This document shows, in pieces, positions 44,932 through 53,399 of a stretch of 64,000 nucleotides of DNA (positions within the stretch are counted from its first letter, which is position 1; each line of letters opens with the position of its first letter). Both the position numbers and the translations under genes were made by a program. This DNA is from a virus. The DNA lies in IMG/VR virus record IMGVR_UViG_3300009095_000016, positions 2,271-66,270 of that record, one strand, 5' to 3'. The notes under the pieces were generated by a model. It did no database searches, had not been told where the DNA came from, and saw only the letters and a program-made list of their open reading frames with translations.

Positions 44932-45156
44932 GTGCGGGTCACCTGGATGACGCCAGCCTGGCGAGCCGTGGAGGACTCCGACCCCGCGATCCGTGGCCGG
45001 ATCGAATCCGAGATTCCGGTGATGTTCGCCGATTCGGTTCCGGCCTCGGCCGTCCACCGGTCGATGAACGTGCTCATGGTCGAGCTGCCCTGCGGGGTCG
45101 AGCTGGACTTCGAGCGAACCGATGACGGAGTCCGGATCCTCTACGTGGCCTTCTGA
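44932..45156 (+). CDS. small protein, weak RelE/ParE-like pattern
   Basis: MRVTW...A...V......RI and C-terminal VRILYV. Confidence 0.4.
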   Translation: MRVTWMTPAWRAVEDSDPAIRGRIESEIPVMFADSVPASAVHRSMNVLMVELPCGVELDFERTDDGVRILYVAF

Positions 45157-45253
45157 ACCGGCCGCTTCGCCGTGCATGACGGTGCCTGGACGGTGCGCCA
45201 CCATGGCGCGTGATACCGCCCGCAGCCGCACCGCCAGCGCGTCATCTCCCACA

Positions 45254-45559
45254 TCACAGCCCCTTCGCTTCGGCCCCGCTCACCAGCGGGGCCGTCGCCC
45301 TTTCCGGCCAGTGCCAGGATCCCGGCGTCGCCGATCCGTTCAGGGCCAGCTTCTCGGCGTCGAAGGGAACCCCATGGGCGAACTGCAAGCCCTCCGGATT
45401 GAAGACCGTCAGCGATACGATCCCCTGGCCGACGCTGGTCACGGCGGTGACGATGGCGGCCCGGCACTGCGACGGATACTGCTGGACGCCGTCCTGCGGG
45501 GCCGAGCCCAGCGAGGTGTAGTGCACGATGCGGCCGACCGAGATGATGTTCTTGCTCAC
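45254..45559 (-). CDS. conserved small phage protein
   Basis: SVGRIVHY, RAAIVT, V.L.VF.P.G and G.WHWP, with a GGAGGT RBS. Confidence 0.7.
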   Translation of the reverse strand: MSKNIISVGRIVHYTSLGSAPQDGVQQYPSQCRAAIVTAVTSVGQGIVSLTVFNPEGLQFAHGVPFDAEKLALNGSATPGSWHWPERATAPLVSGAEAKGL

Positions 45560-46116
45560 GAGACCTCCTGGACGAGGATGTCCCGCACGTCCCACGGGGT
45601 GTTCCTCTGGCGCAGCTTGAAGCTGGCGCCGTCCTCCTTGAGGAAGGGGATGAGGACCCGCCCCTTGCGCACTTCGGGGTGGTTGGTATTCATGTCGTCG
45701 CCCATGATGAGGCCGGGTCGCTCGACGAGGTCGAGCGCCAGCAGGTACTCGCGGAAGGTGGAGGCGCCGTCGTTGTCGGCGTCGAGGTAGATGACGTCGA
45801 ACTTCTCGCCGTCGATCTTCAGCTCGGTCATGGTGCCGACGGAGTCACCCTCGTAGAACTCGCAGATCGCGCCGAGTCCTTCCGAGTCGACCGCCCGGCG
45901 GGCCTCCCACGGATCGAGGTCGATGCCGACGTAGGAGCTTCCGGGGTGCTGCTTGAGCAGCCGGGCGAAGGCGAGAGTCGAGTGGCCGTCCCCCTTCAGG
46001 TGCTCCTGGTCCGGATTCCTCAGAACGCCGACTTCCAGGACCCTGAGCTTTTTCTTCCCGGTCCGCCCCATGAAAGCGGGCAGTTCTTCGTAGATGATGT
46101 CACCGATGGTCGTCAC
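45556..46116 (-). CDS. class I SAM-dependent methyltransferase (Methyltransf_24-like)
   Basis: VLEVG, ST, VGIDLD, GDS, FDVIYLDAD and G.IMGDD. Confidence 0.8.
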   Translation of the reverse strand: MTTIGDIIYEELPAFMGRTGKKKLRVLEVGVLRNPDQEHLKGDGHSTLAFARLLKQHPGSSYVGIDLDPWEARRAVDSEGLGAICEFYEGDSVGTMTELKIDGEKFDVIYLDADNDGASTFREYLLALDLVERPGLIMGDDMNTNHPEVRKGRVLIPFLKEDGASFKLRQRNTPWDVRDILVQEVS

Positions 46117-46169
46117 GAGAAGATGGTACCCGAGGGCTGTCAAATCGGGCGTGACGCATCGGGGATGAG

Positions 46170-46754
46170 TCAGTCGAACTCCTCCATGACGGGCTCCAGC
46201 TCGACCGGCCCATCCGTGGAGGAGCCTCCCATCTTCACGATGGCAGCCTTGTTCCTGGCGATGGCGTCGGCCGCCATGGCGGGGAAGACCTCGCCCCACA
46301 TCTGCTCGACGGCCTCGCGCGACTCCTCGGGCAGCAGCTCGACCACCTTTTCCAGCATGCCCACCTGGATGGCCTCGATCGCCGTGGTGACGAGCTGCGT
46401 CTGCGCCTGGGTCAGCCGGATCTGCTCATCGCGCAGCCGGTCCTTCTTCAGGTCCATCAGTTCGGTGATCTCGCGGACCGTCTCGATCAGGTTCTTGGCG
46501 TTGCGCCCCTGGGTGAGCAGGTCTCCGGCCATCACCTGCTCCCACAGGGCGCCCAGGATCCTCTCCAGGCGGGCGAGCTGAAGCATGCGCATCTGCACGA
46601 TGGACATGCTCGTCGCCTGGTTCTCCAGGAAGGCGTTCATCCGCTCGTGAACGGCCTCGATCTCCATCCCGGTCCGGGCGGCGATCTGCGCGAGCGTCAT
46701 GCCCTGGGCGGCATAGTCCACCATCACCTGCGCGAGCGAGTCGTGCTGGCTCAT
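46170..46754 (-). CDS. HTH protein, candidate terminase small subunit
   Basis: QGMTLAQIAARTG HTH, then LARLE....LW..V..GD and a helical C-terminus. Confidence 0.6.
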   Translation of the reverse strand: MSQHDSLAQVMVDYAAQGMTLAQIAARTGMEIEAVHERMNAFLENQATSMSIVQMRMLQLARLERILGALWEQVMAGDLLTQGRNAKNLIETVREITELMDLKKDRLRDEQIRLTQAQTQLVTTAIEAIQVGMLEKVVELLPEESREAVEQMWGEVFPAMAADAIARNKAAIVKMGGSSTDGPVELEPVMEEFD

Positions 46755-46797
46755 ACCCTCATCCCCTGAACGTCTGATAAACGCCCCGCTCGGGGCG

Positions 46798-46944
46798 CTA
46801 CTCCTCGGCTTCGACGGGCCCGATGATCCGGATGCCGCCCTGGTACTGAGGGTGCCTGGCCTGACTGAGGATCTTCTCGAACCAGAGCCTGACGGCCTCC
46901 TTCTCCAGGTCCATCACGATGATGATCTCTCGGGTTTCTGCCAT
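46798..46944 (-). CDS. 48-aa hypothetical protein
   Basis: MAETREIIIVMDLEKEAVRLWFEKIL..., filling the gap between genes. Confidence 0.4.
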   Translation of the reverse strand: MAETREIIIVMDLEKEAVRLWFEKILSQARHPQYQGGIRIIGPVEAEE

Positions 46945-47195
46945 GGATCCAGACCATCACGCGATGCTCCGGATTCAGAAGAAACCGGCCTCCGCCACGC
47001 GCGGAAGTTCTTGAGATACACCCAGAAGTACGCACCGGCCGAGACGATGAAGCCGTACTGGTCCGTGCTGACGGCGTACGCCAGCCACAGCACCTGTGCC
47101 CCCAGGCCCACCGCCCATCCCCAGGGACTCTTCCTTCCGGCCAGCCACAGACCGAAGACGCCGACGGCCGTCAGCACCCAGCTCCACCACTGCAA
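46914..47195 (-). CDS. small Trp-rich membrane protein (PnuC-fragment-like)
   Basis: Three hydrophobic helices, W.L....G..LAG.K..WGW. Confidence 0.6.
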   Translation of the reverse strand: MQWWSWVLTAVGVFGLWLAGRKSPWGWAVGLGAQVLWLAYAVSTDQYGFIVSAGAYFWVYLKNFRAWRRPVSSESGASRDGLDPWQKPERSSS

Positions 47196-47274
47196 CGCAA
47201 CGCCCCGTCCTGTTGCCGCGCCGTTCCACGCGCCAACGGAAGTTGTTCGGTCCGGCCCCGGGAAACCGAACCGG

Positions 47275-48174
47275 TCAGATCGAGATGCCGACCCCAGCCC
47301 ACGCCTCCTTGACGGCGGGGTTCAGGCCGCCCGAGTGCCGCCAGGTCGCCTGCGCCAGGTCCCGGAAGGTCGATCGCGGGCCGAGGTCTTCCATCGAGCG
47401 CCGCCACATGGCTAGCGGGCGCCCCCAGCTCGGCTCCCCGGTGATCTCGCAGAGCAGTGCGAAGGCCCGGTTGGGGATGCCGGAGTTGATGTGCACACCG
47501 CCGTTGTCGGCCCGAATCTTCTTGTACTGGTCCATGTGGCCGGGCTGCGGGTCGCGCCCGAGCACGTCGTTGTCGTAGGCGGTGCCCGGGTTCAGCATGT
47601 GCCGGACCGCAGAGGCTCCGTCGAGCAGAATCTCCTCGCCGATCCGCCAGTCCTTCGGGTCGTCCTTGACCCACTGCTGGATGGTCGCGCCGAAGACGTC
47701 GGCCAGGTGCTCGTTGAGCGCCCCGTGCTCGCCTGAGTAGATCAGCTTCGGGCCCAGCGACACGAAGGCGTGCCCCAGTTCGTGGGCGGTGATGTCCAGG
47801 GCGTTCGTGAAGTCCCCGAAGATCTCCCCGTCGCCTTCGCCGAAGACCAGGTAGGAGCCGTTGAAGAAGGCGTTGGCGTAGCCACGGCCGTAGTGCACGA
47901 CCCCGTCGGGGAACTCGTCGATACCGAAGAGCTGCTGCATCAGGTAGGAGTAGCCACGGATGCGTTCGGCCGCCTCGTCGTTTCCGTGCTGGATGAGTGA
48001 GCCCGGAATGGCGGTCCTGTTGGCGGCGGTGTAGACGCGGATCGGACCGGCCGGGGGAACGGCGCTCTCGCGCGCCGCCCGCAGCGTGGTGTCGACCTTG
48101 ATGCCGGACCGGAAAGACTTGTCGGTCTCGGCTACTTTCTTCGACATGTGCGGGGGAATGAAAGTGCAGATCAT
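47275..48174 (-). CDS. protealysin-like M4 (thermolysin family) metalloprotease
   Basis: HELGH, GALNEHLADVFG, W.IGE and DNGGVHINSGIPN. It has a short propeptide with CTFIPPHM and no signal peptide. Confidence 0.92.
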   Translation of the reverse strand: MICTFIPPHMSKKVAETDKSFRSGIKVDTTLRAARESAVPPAGPIRVYTAANRTAIPGSLIQHGNDEAAERIRGYSYLMQQLFGIDEFPDGVVHYGRGYANAFFNGSYLVFGEGDGEIFGDFTNALDITAHELGHAFVSLGPKLIYSGEHGALNEHLADVFGATIQQWVKDDPKDWRIGEEILLDGASAVRHMLNPGTAYDNDVLGRDPQPGHMDQYKKIRADNGGVHINSGIPNRAFALLCEITGEPSWGRPLAMWRRSMEDLGPRSTFRDLAQATWRHSGGLNPAVKEAWAGVGISI

Positions 48175-48277
48175 GTCGGCAGTCTACGGCCGCATGAGAT
48201 CCTTGTCCCTGCGCTGCGTCCCGCACAGGGAAGCATGCGCGTTCTGCTGACCGGACAGAAGCGGAGAAGGAGAAGAC

Positions 48278-49060
48278 GTGCAGGACGTGGAACCCAAGGT
48301 GTACCTGGTGAGCGCACCGGCCCTGGACTACGAAGCGATCGAGCAGTACCTGAAAGACGTCGGCGGCGAGAGCTGGCTGGAGCGGATCGACGAGGACGAC
48401 GATCCGCAGAACCTGGTCGAGTTCGCGGGGCGGTTCTGCTACCGGAGCTGGGAACCCGGACTGAACCCGAACGTGACGAGGATCCGGACCGACCAGGCGA
48501 AGTACATGGAGAACCTGCTGGCCTCCCGGCACGGCTCGGTCCTGGAGCACGCGCAGTTCACCTTCGCCCTGCACCACGTGTCGAGGGTCTTCACGCACGA
48601 GCAGGTCCGACACCGCGTCGGCACGGCCATCTCCCAGGAGTCCCTGCGTTTCGTGCGTCTGGACGACATCCCGTTCTGGTTCCCCGAGTGGGCACACGGG
48701 GACGACGAGCTGATGCGCCGTGCGATGGGCCTGCTGGCCGAGATGGAGCAGTTCCAGAACTGGATGGCCGGACGTTTCGGTCTCGACGAGTCCGGCGTTC
48801 CGTTCGCCGAGAAGAAGGCGAAGACCTCCTTCATGCGCCGGTTCGCACCGGAGGGTGTGGCCACCGGCATGGTCTGGAGCGCGAACATCCGCACCCTGCG
48901 GCACACCATCGAGACCCGCACGGCGGCCGGGGCCGAGGAGGAGATCAGGATCGTCTTCGACCAGATCGGCCGGATCATGCGCCAGGAGTGCCCACTGCTG
49001 TTCGGCGACTACGAGGTCAACGACGCGGGCGAGTGGATCCCGGGCTGGAGGAAGGTGTGA
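48278..49060 (+). CDS. thyX: flavin-dependent thymidylate synthase
   Basis: EFAGR.CY, HGSVLEH and THEQVRHRVGTAISQESLRFV (RHRx7S). Confidence 0.95.
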   Translation: MQDVEPKVYLVSAPALDYEAIEQYLKDVGGESWLERIDEDDDPQNLVEFAGRFCYRSWEPGLNPNVTRIRTDQAKYMENLLASRHGSVLEHAQFTFALHHVSRVFTHEQVRHRVGTAISQESLRFVRLDDIPFWFPEWAHGDDELMRRAMGLLAEMEQFQNWMAGRFGLDESGVPFAEKKAKTSFMRRFAPEGVATGMVWSANIRTLRHTIETRTAAGAEEEIRIVFDQIGRIMRQECPLLFGDYEVNDAGEWIPGWRKV

Positions 49061-49194
49061 GTCCCTGGCTGCTCCTGCTGCTGGCCTGCGCGATCGGCGC
49101 GGCATCCGGCGTCGTCTCCTCGCTGCTCAGCGAGAAGGCCATCCGCGCTCACGGGCGGGCGCGCTACCGCAGGGAAACTCTGGGGGACCTGTGA
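49057..49194 (+). CDS. 45-aa membrane protein
   Basis: Single TM helix with a basic tail; GTGA coupling. Confidence 0.55.
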   Translation: MSPWLLLLLACAIGAASGVVSSLLSEKAIRAHGRARYRRETLGDL

Positions 49195-49505
49195 GGATCT
49201 ACGAGGGTGAGGTGCTGGTCGTCGCTGGTGACGCCCTGCTGAACGCGAAGGCGCACCTGCTGGAGGAGTCCGGCTTCTGGGGCGGCTTCCTGACGATGCG
49301 GTCTACTGCGGGCGCCGAGCTGGTCATGGATGCGCACCACAACAAGCGCTTCCTGACCTTCGACGCGGAGAACCCGCACGCGTTCTCCGCGCGCCGCACG
49401 AACCTGGAGTCCCCCGTCGTGAGGATCACCGGTCTCGGCCGGGCGCCGGGCCAGATCCGCATGATCCCGGATCCGGGCGGCAAGAAGACCGGAACAACCG
49501 GATAA
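49191..49505 (+). CDS. hypothetical protein (DUF4873-like)
   Basis: YEGE.L...G...W.G.L; GTGA coupling. Confidence 0.5.
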   Translation: MRIYEGEVLVVAGDALLNAKAHLLEESGFWGGFLTMRSTAGAELVMDAHHNKRFLTFDAENPHAFSARRTNLESPVVRITGLGRAPGQIRMIPDPGGKKTGTTG

Positions 49506-49603
49506 GTGCCTCTGGTCCGAAGCGGCACTGTGAAAGCCTTGCGTCTTTCCTCCTGAGTCCGTGAGGGAGGGCGCAAGGTGTGGTGCATGATCGAGACGTG
49601 GCG

Positions 49604-49894
49604 ATGGACTTCTACGTGGGACCTGCGGTGCTCACCCTCGACGGCCTGACCGTCGGCGTGACGGCGTTCATCGACTCCTCGGCCAGCAGGGGCCTATACA
49701 TCTGGGGCGGCTTCCTCGACTCGCACGATCAGGAGCTTCGCCTGACGGCCGTCGAGGCGGTGCTCACCCGGCTGGCCCTGCCGGGCCGCGAGGGCTCGGA
49801 CATCGACGTCGTCTACACCTGCGGAGCGGGCATCGGCTTCCTGGGCACCGGATCCTCCCCGCTGGAGACACCCGAGCGCTGCGAAGGCTCCTAG
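49604..49894 (+). CDS. DUF4873-like protein
   Basis: Y.GPA.L..DG, W.G.L, L.LP and G.G..PL. Confidence 0.55.
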   Translation: MDFYVGPAVLTLDGLTVGVTAFIDSSASRGLYIWGGFLDSHDQELRLTAVEAVLTRLALPGREGSDIDVVYTCGAGIGFLGTGSSPLETPERCEGS

Positions 49895-50066
49895 GCTCTC
49901 CAGGTTTCCCGGTTCGGGGCCTCGGACAGCACCGCCGGGGCGGTGTTCCCGGGTCAGGTATCGAACTGGCGTTCGGCCCCATAGGGATGGGGCGGCGAGA
50001 TTTTTCCAGGGTCAGGATTTACGATTCCAGGTATCCCGGATGGTTTTCCCGAGCGAGGAGCACCCC

Positions 50067-50393
50067 ATGAAGAGGTCCGTTCTGGCCGTACCGGCACTCC
50101 TGCTGGCCCTCGCAGGCTGCGGATCGGACACCGGAGAACCCGAGAGGGGCGCGGTGACCGCGACGGCGGACCTTCCCTCGGTGGAGAAACGCTGGAACAG
50201 CATGACCGGCGAGGAGCAGGAGGCGGTGTGCACGGCGGCTTCCGGGCCGCTCCCGGGGGAGGGTGAGGTGGGCGGCTACTCCACCGGGGACGTGAAGGAC
50301 TACAAGGGGATGCTGGACGCGATCGAGGATGCCGGGTTCTCGCAGCAGGAGGCGGCGGCGATGATCCCCTACGCGCTGAACGAGTGCAGGTGA
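50067..50393 (+). CDS. lipoprotein
   Basis: MKRSVLAVPALLLALAG|C lipobox, with a GAGGAG RBS. Confidence 0.8.
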   Translation: MKRSVLAVPALLLALAGCGSDTGEPERGAVTATADLPSVEKRWNSMTGEEQEAVCTAASGPLPGEGEVGGYSTGDVKDYKGMLDAIEDAGFSQQEAAAMIPYALNECR

Positions 50394-50512
50394 AAGAGCG
50401 CGTGAAGAGGTTTCTGGGGAATGCGCTCGTGTGCCCGAACTGCCTGCGGCTGAGATCACCGCTGCACTGGCTCCTGAGAAAACTGGGGATGTGCGATGAG
50501 TACTACTACTGA
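50390..50512 (+). CDS. 40-aa CxxC microprotein
   Basis: GTGA coupling, CPNC motif. Confidence 0.4.
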   Translation: MKERVKRFLGNALVCPNCLRLRSPLHWLLRKLGMCDEYYY

Positions 50513-50666
50513 ATGCCCCAGGTGCGGCGACGCGATCCCCGAAGAGAACGACGCGACCGGCGAGGGGCCCGTGTACTGGACGGTGACCGGAGAGCCGTTC
50601 TGCTCGATGGGGTGTGTGATCGGAACACACCGGAGCTGGCTCAAGGAAAACGGACGAAACGGCTGA
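50496..50666 (+). CDS. 56-aa TRASH/YacG-like zinc finger
   Basis: CPRCG-x23-PFCSMGC. Confidence 0.5.
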   Translation: MSTTTECPRCGDAIPEENDATGEGPVYWTVTGEPFCSMGCVIGTHRSWLKENGRNG

Positions 50667-50700
50667 AGGCCAAAAGGTTCTGACGGATGGACGACCTAAA

Positions 50701-52240
50701 CCCGGGACCCAAATTCAAATTCAATTCCGCAATTGGTTTTCTGCCGTGACAGAATTCCTGTCGAATTTCCTCCGAATTTCTCCGCTGATTTTCTTCGGCA
50801 TCGCTCACACTCGCACCCGCTTGCATTCCAGTGCATATCCCTTTGCATTGTGTGTGTATGTGTGTGTGCATTGACGTGAGATATAGAGCTGGTGGGTATT
50901 CCTTTGATTGCTGCTGAATACCTACCGACTTTCCCGCTCGATTCCCCGTGCTTTCTTTCGCTGCATTCCCCTTGCATTCATGTTCCGTGCATTCCTGCGA
51001 TTGCTGCGAATGGCACACACGAGAAACGCGAATGACAGGCACAGAATCGAGACCTATTCCCCGTGCTTTCCTTGCTTGCATTCCTCCGCACTTGCTTGCA
51101 TTCCTTGTGCTCTCTCGTGTGTGTATGTGTGGTGTGAATAGGCGAAACAAGTAATGCGGATATCGGAAACCGAGTGCGCGGAATTCCCTTGCATTCGAGT
51201 GCGTTGCATTCCGCGCGCTCCCCGCTTTCGCACCGCACCCGTTCACGTGCTCACCCATGGCGCGCACCACTCCCGCACCCGAGCAATCCGCACCGCGCGC
51301 ACTCCCGTTCCCTCACGTGCTCACGTGCTCCCGTACCGGGTGAGTGGCGAGACTCCCGAACCGTGCGCGACAGACAGCGTGCGCGCGTCCCTACGGGGCG
51401 AACGTGCGCAGGTGGGCACCCGCACCCGCACGCACGCTCCCGAGCGCTCACGCGCGCATACGCGCGTACGTGCTGGGCTGCTCATATGTGCTCACGTGTG
51501 CTCATTCGTGCAGGTCACACCCCCTGCCTTCGCATTCCTCCCACACCCAACCATTCACCCCACAATCGGACATAGCTACACACACAGCGCACTGTGAGGA
51601 CGTCCGGGAGACGCGCGCACGCTGCGCCGAGCATCACGTTTCCGCAGGTCAGACACCCTGTCGCTGCAAATTCCGACATCTGGGACACCCGCTCTGACCT
51701 GCGATTTCAACGAACTGTTGTACCGGTTTCGAGTGCGACAAAGCGGAGCGCTCCCGCTCACATAAGTAACTAAGAGTGGTTGACATCTACTTGCTTCTCA
51801 CTCTCTGTATATACGTCGCAGGTCGCAGCGCTGACGTGCGCGTACGTGTATGAACCGGACATGTGGGAGCTATGCCCACACATTCCCCTGCCTTTCTCGC
51901 ACTCGGAACCTTCCCCGATCATGAAATTTGGTACCGGTCTGTCCTAGTTTGACCATCGATGCTTGCTACACCTACCGATTTGCTCTGGCGTTTGCTCACT
52001 GTAAATTTCTGATCCATATGAGCTACATGTCCGTTTCGTGTCGTGTAGTCCGGTACGTTCTCCATGCCTCTGACCTGCACAAACAGATTCGTCTGTCGCA
52101 TCGTCGCAGGTACAAGAGCTGACAGAGACTTTTTTGAGAAAAATCTTGAACTCGTCGTTTCCGCAGGTCAGAGCACATTGTGAGCTGCGTCACACTCACA
52201 CCGTCGTGAACTCCGGTAGCGCTCTGACCTGCATGTTCCT
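50701..52240. repeat. lower-GC non-coding repeat zone (phased AATT tracts, GCATTC array, GTGCTCA, TGACCTGC)
   Basis: At least 9 same-strand GCATTC copies. 15-bp duplications at 50941/51056 and 51071/51091, and a 17-bp duplication at 51637/52156. Confidence 0.8.
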
Positions 52241-52279
52241 TGATCATCTGATGTTGTGTCAGCAACCACACACTTGCAA

Positions 52280-53390
52280 TGGCAGCCATGAATATGCTTG
52301 TCTCTGGGTGTCGCCACGACGCGGCGCCCGCTCCGGCGGGACGCGGCGCGGGGCGAGTGCAAGCGTCCGGGTTCTACCCCCGGACAACACGCCCCCGGGT
52401 GTTCCTCCGCTTAGCGCGGGGGGTGACCGGGGAGCGCGCATCCGAAGCACTGACGCACGGGAAACCGGCGACGTCGGGCGGGAAAGCGGCCAGCACGAAC
52501 GGGCGCGATGCGGCGGAACGGGAACGGTGACCAGCCGTAACGGTCACACTCCCGCGATGCGGTTCCTTGAGATTTTCGGAGCCTGGCGCGGCAACCCTGG
52601 GAAGGGAGCGCGGGCGCAAGCGGTAGCCGGTCGTCCTGATGTTTGGGACGGCATCCGGAAAAAACGGCACCCGATAGGCCACAACGGGGCGAGCGATTCA
52701 AACCCTTGTGCTGTCTGTCTTGACCCACCAGCGATTACCGGTCACTAGTCGGTCCCCTTACAGGCGCAACCTAAGCGCACGGGGGAACGGGAATACCGCG
52801 AAAACTGAGGTTGCGAACCACTACCGACGGGATGTCAGGTAGTAAGGCGGTCCGGACAGTGCAAGCGCGATAACCCCCGGCCGAATCACGTAAGGCGCGT
52901 GTGGGTCCCGATTCAATGCGGGGCCGGAGCGTCAGAACCAATCCGGGACACTCCCCGATTGGCCGGTTTGACGGTGTGACCTATCGGAACAACGCACCAT
53001 GCGGAAACGGGCATGGATGATCACGCACTCTTGACGGACGGGAAACCGTCGGGTGATGTGCGACCGAATGGCGGGATACCGGGGGTGTCGGAACCCTTGC
53101 CCGTGACGTGCGGTAGTCGCGTAGCGCTCCGCACATGTGTTGCAAGACAAGGGGGACGGATGTTCGTGCATTCGTCCCCCGGCGGGGAGCGGACACAACG
53201 ACGTGACGCGCGGGACGCACCGGAAACGGCGCGCACGCGACGATACGCGGTCCGCTCCCAACGTGCTTACCGTGCGGTGAGCACGAACGGACAACACAGT
53301 TCGCGTCCGCTTAGGCAACGGTAAAGGGCCGTGCAACCTATGACGGGTGAATTCTGTCCGTTTCGCCCTCCGCACGGAGGTTCGGGAAGG
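52280..53390 (+). ncRNA. candidate large structured ncRNA or structured early leader
   Basis: Contiguous stem-loops with GAAA tetraloops (53004, 53042, 53223), 10-12 bp stems with G-U pairs, and no credible ORF. Confidence 0.5.
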
Positions 53391-53399
53391 GTGTCAGCA

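Noticed and set aside
50820-52240. Repeat zone as a CRISPR array
   Set aside because: The repeats are short (6-17 bp), irregularly spaced and lack unique spacers of constant length.
52630-52680. CTGATG near a GAAA as a hammerhead ribozyme
   Set aside because: The core reads CTGATGT rather than CTGATGA, and the three-stem geometry could not be drawn.
50641-53375. ORF-track ORFs in the non-coding zone (for example 50641..51270, 52134..52748, 52932..53375)
   Set aside because: Atypical codon usage, repeat-derived composition and no RBS.
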